Shown here: piece by piece, positions 20,177 through 30,362 of the stretch
Layout: every line of letters starts with the position of its first letter
How positions within the stretch are numbered: position 1 is the stretch's first letter
Assembly (NCBI GenBank): GCA_016793005.1
Contig: JAEUKL010000043.1
Span: 1 to 40,018, forward strand
DNA length: 40,018 bases
Reading direction: 5' to 3'
Source: Rhodospirillaceae bacterium
Lineage (GTDB): Bacteria > Pseudomonadota > Alphaproteobacteria > Rhodospirillales > Rhodospirillaceae
The notes under the pieces: model-generated
What the model was told of the DNA's origin: nothing
What the model saw: the letters and a program-made list of their open reading frames with translations, nothing else
Database searches by the model: none
Program-made: the position numbers and the translations under genes

Positions 20177-20893
20177 GTGACAACAGTACTGGCGATCCGA
20201 CATGTGGCCTTTGAAGACTTGGGAACGCTTGGCGATATTTTCGCCACGCGCAAATGGACGCACCGTTATGTAGAGGCCGGCACGGTTGACTGGTCCGCCC
20301 TTGATCCCTTGGCTGACGACCTGGTCGTGGTGCTGGGTGGCCCTATTGGTGTCTACGAGGCCGATGACTATCCCTTCCTCAGCAAGGAAATCGAATTCCT
20401 GAAAAAGCGTCTCGCGGCCGAAAAACCGACCTTGGGGTTGTGCTTAGGCTCGCAACTGATTGCGGCTGCTTTAGGGGCGGCTGTATACCCGGCGGGCGTG
20501 AAGGAAATCGGTTGGATGCCGCTGCAGATTGTCGGCGTGGGCCAGGCGTCACCGCTGAAACATCTTTCTGCGGAACAAACATTCATGTTCCATTGGCACG
20601 GCGACACCTTCGATTTGCCCGATGATGCGTTGCTATTGGCTTCGACAGAGGCCTGCAAAAACCAAGCGTTCATCTGGCACGATACGGTCTTGGCGCTACA
20701 ATGCCACCCTGAGGTTCGCGCGCGTGATCTGGAGAATTGGTTCATTGGTCACGCTGCTGAACTAAGTGCAACGCCTGGCATCAACGCGCGCATCCTGCGC
20801 GGCGATACGCAGCGCTATGGTCCTGCATTAGAGCGGCAGGCGCGGCTGTGTTTCGGCGCGTGGCTGGATAGCTTGAAACTCGGTTCCAGGTGA
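20177..20893 (+). CDS. Class I glutamine amidotransferase-like protein
   Basis: GTG start. The nucleophile elbow is LGLCLGSQLIA and the His-Glu pair is in QCHPE. Confidence 0.85.
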   Translation: MTTVLAIRHVAFEDLGTLGDIFATRKWTHRYVEAGTVDWSALDPLADDLVVVLGGPIGVYEADDYPFLSKEIEFLKKRLAAEKPTLGLCLGSQLIAAALGAAVYPAGVKEIGWMPLQIVGVGQASPLKHLSAEQTFMFHWHGDTFDLPDDALLLASTEACKNQAFIWHDTVLALQCHPEVRARDLENWFIGHAAELSATPGINARILRGDTQRYGPALERQARLCFGAWLDSLKLGSR

Positions 20894-21663
20894 TGGCGAT
20901 GCGGATGCCCGTGCTGTTCCTCGGCCATGGCAGCCCCATGAATGCGCTGGCCGATAACGCATATACGCAGCGCCTCAATGCGCTGGGACGCGCATTGCCG
21001 AAACCAAAAGCCGTACTGTGCATCTCGGCTCATTGGGAAACCCACGGCTCGCTGGTCACGCACATGGCAAACCCACGCACCATTCACGACTTCGGCGGGT
21101 TTCCACAGGCGTTGTTTAATGTGCAATACCCGGCGCCTGGCGATCCGGCCTTGGCTGACCGCATGACGAAGCTGATCCCAGGGTTGCGTCTGGACGAAGC
21201 CTGGGGCTTGGATCACGGCACGTGGTCGGTGTTGCGTCATGTGTACCCTGCGCCCGATGTGCCGGTATTGCAACTCAGTATGGATCGGGCCTTGTCGGGC
21301 GCGCAGCATTTCCAAGTGGGCGAGAAACTCCGCGCGTTGCGCGATGAGGGCGTGTTGATTGTCGGCAGCGGCAACATTGTCCACAACTTGCGCAAAATAA
21401 ATTGGGATACGGCGGCTGCTCCGCATGCCTGGACGCTGGAATTCGATGCCTGGGTTAAGACGCAGCTTGAGCGCGGCGACTTTGCAAGCCTCTGCGTCGA
21501 TGCGTGGCACACCGAAGCGGCGCGCTTCAGTGTGCCCACGCCCGAGCACTACCTGCCGCTGCTGTATGTGCTGGGCGCTGCCGACAGCACGGATCAGTTG
21601 TCGTTCATATACGAAGGCTTTGAACACGCATCATTGTCGATGCGCTGCATTCAGCTGGGTTAG
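20890..21663 (+). CDS. ygiD: 4,5-DOPA-dioxygenase-type extradiol dioxygenase (LigB/YgiD family)
   Basis: MPVLFLGHGSPMNAL...ISAHW...GSGNIVHNL...HYLPLLYVLG. The start overlaps the GATase stop (GTGATG); ATG 20893 or 20905 are alternative starts. Confidence 0.88.
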   Translation: MMAMRMPVLFLGHGSPMNALADNAYTQRLNALGRALPKPKAVLCISAHWETHGSLVTHMANPRTIHDFGGFPQALFNVQYPAPGDPALADRMTKLIPGLRLDEAWGLDHGTWSVLRHVYPAPDVPVLQLSMDRALSGAQHFQVGEKLRALRDEGVLIVGSGNIVHNLRKINWDTAAAPHAWTLEFDAWVKTQLERGDFASLCVDAWHTEAARFSVPTPEHYLPLLYVLGAADSTDQLSFIYEGFEHASLSMRCIQLG

Positions 21664-22619
21664 TTTTCTAGACCCATCAAACTGCGGGCAAAGCTGTGGG
21701 ACGTGAAGGGCCGCAAGTCTTCAACGCCTTCGCCCACACCGATAAAGTGGATCGGCAGACCGAATTTTTCAGCCAGCGCCACCACAACGCCGCCTTTGGC
21801 AGTGCCGTCGAGCTTTGTTAGCACCAAACCTGTCACGCCAATCATCTGCTTGAAGGCATCTACTTGGGCATGCGCATTCTGGCCGATGGTGGAATCCAAT
21901 ACCAGCAGCGTCGCATGGGGTGCGGTTTCATCGACCTTCTTGATCACACGAACCACCTTTTGCAGTTCGTTCATCAGGTTTTCTTTGTTGTGCAGGCGGC
22001 CCGCTGTGTCGATCAGCAGCACATCGTCGCCGCGCTTGCGCGATTCGATCAACGCATCGAAGGCAAGGCTTGCGGCATCGGAACCCGTATCGCGCGCAAT
22101 GACGGGCGAGCCCGTACGGCTGCCCCAGACCTTTAATTGCTCAACAGCGGCCGCGCGGAAGGTGTCGCCCGCCGCCAACGTGGATTTCAGCTTCTGGTCT
22201 TTGTACATCTGCGCCAGCTTGCCGATGGTGGTGGTTTTGCCCGCACCATTCACGCCCACCATCAGAATCACGAAAGGCTTTTGCGCCGGATCAACCGACA
22301 GGGGCAATGCGACGGGTTCCAACACTTTGGCAATTTCGGTCGCAAAGAAGGCGCGCACTTCGTTGCCCTCCACATCCTTACCGAAGCGCGTTTTGGCCAA
22401 GTCCTGCACCAGGCGTGCCGCTGTCGCTGAACCCAGATCAGCGCTGATCAAGAGTTCTTCCAGGTGCTGAAGCGTTTCCTCGTCCAGCTTCTTTTTCGTG
22501 AATAAGTCGCCGATACCGCCGACAATGCGGGCCGATGATCGCGCAAGACCAGCTTTCAGGCGGGCGAACCAGTTTGTTTTGGGCCAGCCTGTTTTGGAAG
22601 CGTCAGGTGTTTCGGTCAT
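21660..22619 (-). CDS. ftsY: Signal recognition particle receptor FtsY
   Basis: The NG domain has VNGAGKTTTIGK, DTAGRL and TKLDGTAKGG. ATG 22619 (MTETPDAS...) overlaps the mtaB stop as ATGA. The 3' end overlaps the ygiD stop (TTAG shared between strands). Confidence 0.93.
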   Translation of the reverse strand: MTETPDASKTGWPKTNWFARLKAGLARSSARIVGGIGDLFTKKKLDEETLQHLEELLISADLGSATAARLVQDLAKTRFGKDVEGNEVRAFFATEIAKVLEPVALPLSVDPAQKPFVILMVGVNGAGKTTTIGKLAQMYKDQKLKSTLAAGDTFRAAAVEQLKVWGSRTGSPVIARDTGSDAASLAFDALIESRKRGDDVLLIDTAGRLHNKENLMNELQKVVRVIKKVDETAPHATLLVLDSTIGQNAHAQVDAFKQMIGVTGLVLTKLDGTAKGGVVVALAEKFGLPIHFIGVGEGVEDLRPFTSHSFARSLMGLEN

Positions 22620-23893
22620 GCGGAAATACGTTCGCCAACTAAATGTGTATCTGTGGCGCTGACGATGCGTACATCCATCAGCTCGCCATGGGCCGCATCG
22701 GCGACATTCACCGGCACATAGTGTTCGCAATGTCCGGTGCCACGACCTTCGATAAAATTGCCTTCCATCAGCACGCGCGCGGTTGAACCCACGCGCGACT
22801 TTAAGTAAGCCGCCATGGCAGCTTTGCCCTTTTCACGCAGCTGGGCCGCGCGCGCTTTAATGACCGCACCGTTCACCTGCGGCATTTTGGCTGCCGGCGT
22901 GCCTTGGCGGATCGAATAGGGGAACACATGCATGTGTGTCAGGCCGCAGTCATCGATCAGCGCCAGTGAGTTCGCGAACATCTCATCGGTTTCCGTGGGG
23001 AAGCCCGCGATGATGTCGGCACCGAACACAGCATCGGGGCGACAGCTACGAATCTTCTCAACAAACGCAATAATGTCAGCGCGGTTATGCCGGCGTTTCA
23101 TGCGCTTCAAGATCATGTCGTCACCGGCCTGCACCGAAATATGGATGTGCGGCATGACGCGCGGGTTATCGCCAATCACGCTCAGCAAATCATCGTCCAA
23201 CTCAGCCGGATCGATGGATGAGAGGCGTAATCTGGGAAGTTCAGGAACGGCCGCCAGCAAGCGGCGCAGCATTTGGCCCAGTGTGGGCTGGCCCGGCAAA
23301 TCGCTGCCATAGCCGGTGATATCGACGCCGGTAATGACGACTTCTTTAAAGCCTTTGGCAACAAGTGCGCGCACTTCTTCGGTAATGCGGCCCATAGGTA
23401 CGCTGCGGTTATTGCCGCGCGCAAACGGGATGATGCAGAAGGTGCAGCGATGGTCGCAGCCTTGTTGAACTTGCACAAAGGCACGCGTGCGGCCATCAAA
23501 GCCTTCGATCAGATGCTCAGCAGTTTCACGCACTTCCATAATGTCGCTGACAAGCACCGGCGTGGCGTTCTCGGGCAGGAAGCTCTCGCGCTTCATTTTA
23601 TGTTCGTTGCCGATCACGCGCGCTACTTCTGGCATGCCTGCATACTTGGCGGGGTCCAGCTGCGCGCCGCAACCGGTCGCGATGATCGTGGCCGTGGGGT
23701 TGTCGCGCTTGAGCTTGCGGATGGCTTGCTGGCCTTGGCGCTCGGCTTCTTTCGTCACCGCACAGGTGTTGACGATGATGGTGTTGCTTAAGCCCGCACC
23801 TTGCGCGTGCTCGCGCATCACTTCGGACTCGTAGGCGTTCAAACGGCAGCCGAAGTTCACAACATCAACGCCGGCTTTCTTCATCATGTTCAT
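22616..23893 (-). CDS. mtaB: tRNA (t6A37) methylthiotransferase MtaB (radical SAM, MiaB-like)
   Basis: The N-terminal cluster is in FGCRLNAYESE...NTCAVT, the radical SAM motif is CDHRCTFCIIP, and a TRAM-like C-terminus follows. ATG 23893 overlaps the dapF stop (ATGA). Confidence 0.9.
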   Translation of the reverse strand: MNMMKKAGVDVVNFGCRLNAYESEVMREHAQGAGLSNTIIVNTCAVTKEAERQGQQAIRKLKRDNPTATIIATGCGAQLDPAKYAGMPEVARVIGNEHKMKRESFLPENATPVLVSDIMEVRETAEHLIEGFDGRTRAFVQVQQGCDHRCTFCIIPFARGNNRSVPMGRITEEVRALVAKGFKEVVITGVDITGYGSDLPGQPTLGQMLRRLLAAVPELPRLRLSSIDPAELDDDLLSVIGDNPRVMPHIHISVQAGDDMILKRMKRRHNRADIIAFVEKIRSCRPDAVFGADIIAGFPTETDEMFANSLALIDDCGLTHMHVFPYSIRQGTPAAKMPQVNGAVIKARAAQLREKGKAAMAAYLKSRVGSTARVLMEGNFIEGRGTGHCEHYVPVNVADAAHGELMDVRIVSATDTHLVGERISA

Positions 23894-24750
23894 GACGGAA
23901 TGGTCCAAGTGCCGTCGAACACATAAGCCACCGGCCCGGTCATGATCACGTGGCCGTCGTCGCGCCACTCAATGTGCAGATCACCGCCATCCAATGTGAT
24001 GGTCATAGCGCGTTCGGTGAGCCCGCGGCGGATCGCTGCCACAGCACTGGCGCATGCACCCGTACCGCAGGCTTGCGTGATCCCCGAGCCGCGCTCCCAC
24101 ACACGCATTCTTAAATGCGTGCGCGACAGCACTTGAATCACTTCAATATTGGCGCGTTCGGGGAACAGCGAGTGGTGTTCCAGCTTCGGGCCCACATTGG
24201 CCAAATCAACCGCCTCAGCATTGGGCACAAAGAACACCGCGTGCGGGTTGCCCATGCTGACACCCACGGGATCACTTAAAGCGCCTTCGCTGATACCGAG
24301 ATGAAGCGTGTCGCGCTCTTGCGACAACGGAATTTCGCGCCAATCAAGTTTGGCAGGGCCCATGTCGATGGAGATGAGGCCGTTCTTGGCGCGCGTGGCA
24401 ATCACGTCGCCGCCCAAGGTTTCGATGACAAGCTTGGTCTTGCCCAATTCGTTCATCAGCAGGTCGGCGACACAGCGCACGCCGTTGCCGCATTGCTCGG
24501 CCACAGTGCCGTCAGCATTGCGCACGCCCATGAAGGCATCGCCGCCGTTGCGCGGATTTTCGATGATCAGAATTTCATCGCAGCCCACGCCCCAGCGCCG
24601 GTCGGCCAAAGTCTTGGCGGTGGCTTGGGGCAAATCGAGCGCGCGGCCGCGCACATCAAGAACGACAAAGTCGTTCCCGATCCCATGCATCTTCCGGAAC
24701 GGAAGCTCGCGCGGCTGGAGGGCGCGACTCGCGGGGGCGGTGCTGGTCAT
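23890..24750 (-). CDS. dapF: Diaminopimelate epimerase
   Basis: KMHGIGNDFVVLD is present, with catalytic Cys motifs QCGNGVRC and ACGTGACA. Confidence 0.93.
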   Translation of the reverse strand: MTSTAPASRALQPRELPFRKMHGIGNDFVVLDVRGRALDLPQATAKTLADRRWGVGCDEILIIENPRNGGDAFMGVRNADGTVAEQCGNGVRCVADLLMNELGKTKLVIETLGGDVIATRAKNGLISIDMGPAKLDWREIPLSQERDTLHLGISEGALSDPVGVSMGNPHAVFFVPNAEAVDLANVGPKLEHHSLFPERANIEVIQVLSRTHLRMRVWERGSGITQACGTGACASAVAAIRRGLTERAMTITLDGGDLHIEWRDDGHVIMTGPVAYVFDGTWTIPS

Positions 24751-25150
24751 GGCGCGGGTTATAGGTGTGGGGGTGAGGCCTGTCTAGCAAGGCGGGGCGG
24801 ACGCCAATCCACCCCAACCCATGGCCGCAAAATATGGGCTAGAATTTCTTTCAATATATTGATTTTATTAAATAAAATTACTTTGAAACTGACAGGCGCC
24901 CCACTTTTGATGGCTCTCGCCTATAAATAAAGCCCGGTTGCCTTGACCCTGTGGGGCCCACGGCGTACACACACGGCGCTTCGGCGGGGCCTTTCAGTCC
25001 TGCTAAGGCGTTGTGATTTCACAACTTTGCAAATTACTCCCGCTCCCGAGGGGGCCCGTCAGTCTGCGCGTTGCGCTCACTGGCGTCATTTGTGCTTTGC
25101 GCGTCGCGCTGTGTGCAAATGCCTTCTCGAGATCGGGTTTGGAAGAACCG

Positions 25151-26569
25151 ATGTTCGATAGTCTTTCAGATCGCTTGGGAGGAGTGCTGTCGCGTTTAAC
25201 GCGACGTGGCGCGCTGACCGAGTCTGATGTGCAAGCGGCCATGCGCGAAGTGCGCGTGGCGCTGCTGGAAGCCGACGTCGCGTTGCCGGTCGTCAAAGAC
25301 TTCATCGAGAAAGTTTCGGCCCAAGCGGTCGGCGAAAAAGTCATCAAGTCCGTCACCCCCGGCCAGATGGTCGTGAAGATCGTTCACGATGAACTGGTGC
25401 AGATGCTGGGCGGCGAGGCTGAACAAGGCGGCATCGATTTCGCAACGCAGCCGCCGGTGCCGGTGCTGATGGTGGGTCTGCAAGGCTCGGGCAAAACCAC
25501 CACGACCGCGAAAATCGCCAACCGTTTGCAGTCTAAAGACCGCAAGCGCGTGCTGATGGTTTCGCTCGATACCTACCGCCCGGCCGCGCAAGAGCAGCTG
25601 GCGATCCTGGGCCGTCAGGTCGAAGTGATTTCGCTGCCGATCATTGAAGGCCAGAAGCCGCTCGACATTGCCAAGCGCGGTTTAAGCGAAGCCAAACTGG
25701 GTGGCTTTGACGTGGTGATGTTCGACACCGCCGGCCGTACCACTGTTGATGATGAAATGATGGCCGAGGTTGCGTCGTTGCGCGATCTCATCAAGCCGCA
25801 TGAAACACTGTTGGTCACTGACGCCATGATCGGCCAGGACTCGGTCACGACGGCGAAAGCTTTCCACGATGCCTTGGGATTGACCGGCATCGTTCTGACC
25901 CGTGTTGATTCCGATGCTCGCGGCGGTGCTGCGCTGTCCATGCGCGCTGTCACCGGCCAGCCCATCAAGTACATCGGCCTGGGCGAAAAAGTTGATGCGC
26001 TGGATGTGTTCTCGCCCGCGCGTGTTGCCGGCCGCATTCTGGGCATGGGCGACATCGTCAACCTGGTGGAACGCGCCGCCGAGACGATCAAACAAGAAGA
26101 CGCCGAGAAACTTGCCGCACGCATGATGGACGGCAAGTTTGATCTTGAAGATATGCTGAGCCAGATCCGTCAAGTGCAGAAGATGGGCGATCTGAAAGGC
26201 ATCATGGGCATGATCCCGGGTTTGGGTGCCGCCATGAAGCAAGCCGCCGCCGCCAAGATCGACGACAACATGGTGAAGCGTCAGGAAGCGATCATCCTGT
26301 CGATGACCAAAAAAGAACGCCGCAACCCCGACATCATCAAAGCCTCGCGCAAGCAACGCATTGCAACGGGCGCAGGCATGACGGTGGCTGACGTGAACAA
26401 GCTGCTGAAGCAGCACATGGATATGGCCACCATGATGAAGCGCCTGAAGAAGATGGGCGGTTTAGGTGCCCTCGGCGCGATGATGGGCGGAATGGGTGGC
26501 AAAGGTTTGCCGGGCATGATGCTTGGCGGAATGAAACTGCCGGGTGGTCCTCCATTCGGTCGTCGATAA
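25151..26569 (+). CDS. ffh: Signal recognition particle protein Ffh
   Basis: Starts MFDSLSDRLGGVL. The G domain has GLQGSGKTTT, DTAGR and TRVDSDARGG, followed by a Met-rich M domain and a glycine/Met tail. The track ORF from 25013 is over-extended. Confidence 0.96.
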   Translation: MFDSLSDRLGGVLSRLTRRGALTESDVQAAMREVRVALLEADVALPVVKDFIEKVSAQAVGEKVIKSVTPGQMVVKIVHDELVQMLGGEAEQGGIDFATQPPVPVLMVGLQGSGKTTTTAKIANRLQSKDRKRVLMVSLDTYRPAAQEQLAILGRQVEVISLPIIEGQKPLDIAKRGLSEAKLGGFDVVMFDTAGRTTVDDEMMAEVASLRDLIKPHETLLVTDAMIGQDSVTTAKAFHDALGLTGIVLTRVDSDARGGAALSMRAVTGQPIKYIGLGEKVDALDVFSPARVAGRILGMGDIVNLVERAAETIKQEDAEKLAARMMDGKFDLEDMLSQIRQVQKMGDLKGIMGMIPGLGAAMKQAAAAKIDDNMVKRQEAIILSMTKKERRNPDIIKASRKQRIATGAGMTVADVNKLLKQHMDMATMMKRLKKMGGLGALGAMMGGMGGKGLPGMMLGGMKLPGGPPFGRR

Positions 26570-26644
26570 AGAGAGTCAGAGTTAAGTTCGTTTCGCGTTT
26601 TCGTTTTTCGTTTTGAGATCAAGTTCAACAGGAGAGATACCCGC

Positions 26645-27022
26645 ATGGGCCTTAAAATCAGAATGTCGCGCGCTGGCACCACCAACCGCGCGTTTTACCG
26701 TATCGTCGTTGCCGACTCGCGCTCGCCGCGCGATGGCCGCTACATCGAGCGCTTGGGCACCTACAACCCGCTGCTGCCGCGCGAAAGCAAAGACCGCGTT
26801 GTGCTGAAGCTGGAACGCATCAAGCATTGGATGAGCGTCGGTGCTCTGCCGTCTGAACGCGTGCAGAAGTTTCTGGCGGCTCAAGGTGTGATGGCGGCTC
26901 CGAAGATCCGCCCGCAGACCAAGAAGGACAAGCCGAAGACCAAAGCGCAAGAGCGTCTGAAGGCGGCTGAAGAAGCTGCGGCAGCGAAAGCAGCCGAAGC
27001 TGCGGAAGCACCGGCGGCCTAA
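26645..27022 (+). CDS. rpsP: 30S ribosomal protein S16 with Lys/Ala-rich C-terminal extension
   Basis: [42 protein letters not shown]. Confidence 0.95.
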   Translation: MGLKIRMSRAGTTNRAFYRIVVADSRSPRDGRYIERLGTYNPLLPRESKDRVVLKLERIKHWMSVGALPSERVQKFLAAQGVMAAPKIRPQTKKDKPKTKAQERLKAAEEAAAAKAAEAAEAPAA

Positions 27023-27048
27023 CGCGCGACTTGCGGCAGCTTTAAACC

Positions 27049-27669
27049 ATGGCCGCTGACCGTTCGGAAAATCGGGGTTTGCGCATCTGTCTTGGCGTCA
27101 TTGTCGGCGCCAAGGGGATCAAAGGCGAAGTTCGCATCAAGAGCTTCACCGAAGATCCCTTCGATGTTGGGTCTTATGGACCTGTCGAGTCAGAAGATGG
27201 CGCGAACACGTGGACGGTCAAAGTTGTCGGCGAAAGTAAAGGTGCGGTGACCGCTCTGTTGAAGGGCGTTACCGACCGGAACCAAGCCGAAGCTTTGAAA
27301 GGCCAGAAGCTGTACGTGGATCGCGACAAGCTGCCTGCGGCGGAAGCCGGTACCTACTATCATGCCGACCTGGTCGGTCTGAAAGCGGTGCTGAATACCG
27401 GTGAAGGTGGCGGCGAAGAGATTGGGTCCGTGCTTGCCCTTTATAACTTCGGTGCTGGCGACATCATCGAAGTGGGCCACGACCAAAGAGATTCGACAAT
27501 GGTGCCGTTTTCGGACGATGCCGTGGTCGAGGTGAATATCGAAGGCGGCTTTATCCGCATCGAACCGTTGCCCGGTTTGTTTGATGACGGTGATGAAGAT
27601 GAGGCAGCTAACGAAGAGGAAGGAGACAACACCGGTTCTGACGATACAGCGGTAAAACGTCGTGAGTAG
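27049..27669 (+). CDS. rimM: 16S rRNA processing protein RimM (acidic C-terminal tail)
   Basis: The sequence [20 protein letters not shown]...YYHADLVGL and the position between rpsP and trmD both fit RimM. Confidence 0.9.
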   Translation: MAADRSENRGLRICLGVIVGAKGIKGEVRIKSFTEDPFDVGSYGPVESEDGANTWTVKVVGESKGAVTALLKGVTDRNQAEALKGQKLYVDRDKLPAAEAGTYYHADLVGLKAVLNTGEGGGEEIGSVLALYNFGAGDIIEVGHDQRDSTMVPFSDDAVVEVNIEGGFIRIEPLPGLFDDGDEDEAANEEEGDNTGSDDTAVKRRE

Positions 27670-28372
27670 CAGTTTCAACGCCACTGTTCTGACGCTGTTC
27701 CCCGAGATGTTCCCAGGTCCCCTGGGGCATTCACTGGCGGGCAGAGCGCTAGAAGACGGTGTGTGGAGCTTAAAGCCCGTCGATATTCGCGGGTTTGCCA
27801 CCGACAAGCATCGCACGGTCGACGATACACCCTTCGGGGGTGGCGCCGGCATGGTGATGCGGCCTGATGTTCTGGATGCGGCGATTGCCGCGTCGTATTC
27901 GGGCGAAGGTGCGCTGATCTACTTCACGCCGCGCGGGGCTGCGCTAACCCAAGCCCGCGTGAAGCGGATTGCAGTAGATAAGGCGGTCACGCTGATCTGC
28001 GGGCGGTTTGAAGGTGTCGATCAGCGGGTGTTGGAGGCGCGGAATGTCGAGGAGATCAGCCTTGGCGATTTCGTGCTCTCGGGCGGTGAACTGCCGGCGT
28101 TGATGTTGTTAGACGCTGTGGTGCGCTTGTTACCCGGGGTGATGGGACGAGCCGAGAGTTTGGACGAAGAGAGTTTTGAGACTGGCTTGCTGGAGTATCC
28201 GCACTACACCCGCCCAGATACCTGGAACGGAATGACGGTGCCGGACATTCTGAAATCAGGTCACCACGCCAAAGTATCAGCGTGGCGGCGGCAGCAAGCC
28301 GAAGAGGTAACGAAAGCCCGGCGGCCGGATTTATGGGCAACGTATCTGGCGAGCAGGCCTGAGAAGAAGTGA
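27662..28372 (+). CDS. trmD: tRNA (guanine37-N1)-methyltransferase
   Basis: [13 protein letters not shown]...[13 protein letters not shown]...[11 protein letters not shown]...[11 protein letters not shown]. The GTG start overlaps the rimM end by 8 nt. Confidence 0.95.
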   Translation: MSSSFNATVLTLFPEMFPGPLGHSLAGRALEDGVWSLKPVDIRGFATDKHRTVDDTPFGGGAGMVMRPDVLDAAIAASYSGEGALIYFTPRGAALTQARVKRIAVDKAVTLICGRFEGVDQRVLEARNVEEISLGDFVLSGGELPALMLLDAVVRLLPGVMGRAESLDEESFETGLLEYPHYTRPDTWNGMTVPDILKSGHHAKVSAWRRQQAEEVTKARRPDLWATYLASRPEKK

Positions 28373-28418
28373 AGACTAAAGTTTTTAATCGACGTTAAAG
28401 ACACAAAAGGACGAAACC

Positions 28419-28811
28419 ATGAATGTGATCGATCAAATCAATCAGGACCATGTCGCGCAGCTGACCAGCGGCAAGTCCATCCCTGAATTCACGCCGGGCG
28501 ACACCGTGCGCGTGTTCGTGAAAGTGAAAGAAGGCGACAAGAGCCGCCTGCAGGCTTACGAAGGCGTGTGCATCGCGCGTAAGAACGCCGGCATCAACTC
28601 TTCTTTCACCGTGCGCAAAATCTCGTTCGGTGAAGGCGTGGAACGCGTGTTCCCGCTGTTCGCTCCGGTTGTCGATAAAGTGGAACTGGTTCGCCGCGGT
28701 AAAGTGCGTCGCGCGAAGCTGTACTACTTGCGCGACCGTCGCGGCCGCTCGGCCCGTATCGCAGAAGAAATGATGGGCGGCGAAGCCGCTGCTGAAGGCG
28801 ATAAGGCCTAA
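28419..28811 (+). CDS. rplS: 50S ribosomal protein L19
   Basis: [36 protein letters not shown]...[19 protein letters not shown]. Confidence 0.96.
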   Translation: MNVIDQINQDHVAQLTSGKSIPEFTPGDTVRVFVKVKEGDKSRLQAYEGVCIARKNAGINSSFTVRKISFGEGVERVFPLFAPVVDKVELVRRGKVRRAKLYYLRDRRGRSARIAEEMMGGEAAAEGDKA

Positions 28812-28863
28812 GGCGTTTTAAGCGCGCTGGATTTATCGGCGTGCTTATCACCACCACAATCAG

Positions 28864-28893
28864 GGGCGCCCCTCGGGATCGAGTGGGGCGCCC
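28864..28893 (+). terminator. GC-palindrome hairpin after rplS (possible U-tract-less terminator or REP-like element)
   Basis: GGGCGCCCC (28864-28872) pairs with GGGGCGCCC (28885-28893) in a 9-bp all-GC stem. The loop has its own TCG/CGA pairing. No T-run follows. Confidence 0.4.
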
Positions 28894-28940
28894 GGACCTG
28901 CTGTTGATGTAAAGCCTAAGCTTATAAGGGAGTGCCTGCC

Positions 28941-30347
28941 ATGGCCGCGCCGCGTACGCTGTACGATAAATTGTGGGACAGCCACCTGGTTCATAGCGAT
29001 GCCGATGGCAATGCCCTTCTTTATATTGATCTGCATCTGACGCATGAAGTGACGACGCCGCAGGCTTTCGAAGGTTTGCGGACCGCGCATCGCAAAATGC
29101 ACCGCACGGATAAAACAATTGCCGTGCCGGATCACAACGTGCCCAGCACGCCCGACCGGTTGCAAAAAATCGACGATCCGGAAAGCCGCCTGCAACTCCA
29201 GATGCTGGAAGAAAACGCGCAGCACTTCGGCGTGCCGTACATTCCCATGTCCGATATCCGCCAGGGTATCGTGCACATCATCGGGCCAGAACAAGGTTTA
29301 ACCCAACCGGGCAAGACCATTGTCTGCGGCGATTCGCACACGGCAACGCACGGTGCCTTTGGCGCATTGGCTTTTGGGATTGGCACGTCGGACGTTGAGC
29401 ATGTGCTGGCCACGCAAACCTTGCAGATGAAGAAGTCGAAGAATCTGCGCGTCGCCGTGGACGGTGCTTTGCCCACAGGCGTGACGGCGAAGGACTTGGT
29501 GTTGGCGATCATCGGCAAGATGGGCACCGCCGGCGGCACCGGCCATGTGGTCGAATACGTGGGCCAAGTGTTCGCCGATCTGACCATGGAAGGTCGCATG
29601 ACGGTCTGCAACATGACCATCGAAGCCGGTGCGCGTGCCGGCTTGATCGCGCCCGATGAAAAAACGTTCGAATACCTGAAGGGCAAGCCTCATGCGCCGA
29701 AAGCCGGTCAGTGGGAACAGGCCGTTGCCTATTGGAAAACGCTGAAAACCGACGACGGCGCCAAGTTCGACAAGGAAATTCGCCTGAACGCGTCGGACAT
29801 CGTCCCGCACGTCACGTGGGGCACCAGCCCGGAAGACGTGCTGCCGATTACGGCCAACGTGCCGAATCCGGCGGATTTCACCGATCCCAACAAACAAGCT
29901 GCCGCCAAGCGTGCGCTGGAATACATGGGCCTCACGGCCGGTACGCCGCTGGAGAAAGTGAAGGTGGACAAAGTATTCGTCGGCTCTTGCACCAACGGCC
30001 GCATCGAAGACATCCGCGCTGCTGCAGCCGTGTTGAAGGGCAAAAAAATCGCCGCGCACGTAGGCATGCTGGTGGTGCCGGGCTCTGGCCTCGTGAAGCA
30101 CCAAGCTGAAGAAGAAGGTTTGGATAAAATTATTATCGCCGCCGGCGCCGAATGGCGCGAGCCTTCCTGCTCGATGTGCTTAGGGATGAACCCCGACATT
30201 TTGCAACCGGGCGAACGCTGTGCGTCGACCTCTAACCGCAATTTCGAAGGCCGTCAGGGTCGCGGTGGCCGCACCCACTTGCTCAGCCCCGGCATGGCCG
30301 CTGCTGCTGCGGTGACCGGCTACCTCACTGATGTTCGTAAGATCTAA
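28941..30347 (+). CDS. leuC: 3-isopropylmalate dehydratase large subunit
   Basis: Starts [17 protein letters not shown]. Aconitase-family Fe-S ligands are in VCGDSHT and [11 protein letters not shown]...[11 protein letters not shown] 28941 follows AAGGGA. Confidence 0.96.
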   Translation: MAAPRTLYDKLWDSHLVHSDADGNALLYIDLHLTHEVTTPQAFEGLRTAHRKMHRTDKTIAVPDHNVPSTPDRLQKIDDPESRLQLQMLEENAQHFGVPYIPMSDIRQGIVHIIGPEQGLTQPGKTIVCGDSHTATHGAFGALAFGIGTSDVEHVLATQTLQMKKSKNLRVAVDGALPTGVTAKDLVLAIIGKMGTAGGTGHVVEYVGQVFADLTMEGRMTVCNMTIEAGARAGLIAPDEKTFEYLKGKPHAPKAGQWEQAVAYWKTLKTDDGAKFDKEIRLNASDIVPHVTWGTSPEDVLPITANVPNPADFTDPNKQAAAKRALEYMGLTAGTPLEKVKVDKVFVGSCTNGRIEDIRAAAAVLKGKKIAAHVGMLVVPGSGLVKHQAEEEGLDKIIIAAGAEWREPSCSMCLGMNPDILQPGERCASTSNRNFEGRQGRGGRTHLLSPGMAAAAAVTGYLTDVRKI

Positions 30348-30362
30348 GCAAAGAGCACTCCA

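Noticed and set aside
20815-21627. 270-aa ORF antisense to the ygiD-like dioxygenase. Similar antisense ORFs lie in ffh (25682..26416), leuC (29298..30104), asd (33247..33885), the CitE-like gene (35982..36656) and argJ (15819..16319)
   Set aside because: All are embedded opposite recognisable genes and show low-complexity Arg/His/Ala-rich translations, so they are treated as GC-driven artefacts.
24751-25150. Possible SRP (4.5S) RNA or other ncRNA in the 400-nt dapF-ffh intergenic region
   Set aside because: I could not find the conserved SRP RNA domain IV motifs (GGAAG...AGCA-type symmetric loop), only an AT-rich promoter-like stretch (~24845-24890) and weak GC hairpins. An Rfam scan would be needed to say more.
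26585-26615. CGTTTT-type short tandem tract (cgtttcgcgttttcgtttttcgtttt) between ffh and rpsP
   Set aside because: It is short and imperfect with no flanking stem. It is most simply a T-rich spacer or weak terminator tail, and there is nothing to support a specific function.
28812-28940. Leucine leader-peptide attenuator or T-box upstream of leuC
   Set aside because: No short ORF with a run of Leu codons and no T-box specifier or antiterminator pattern is visible. Only the GC hairpin is reported, separately.
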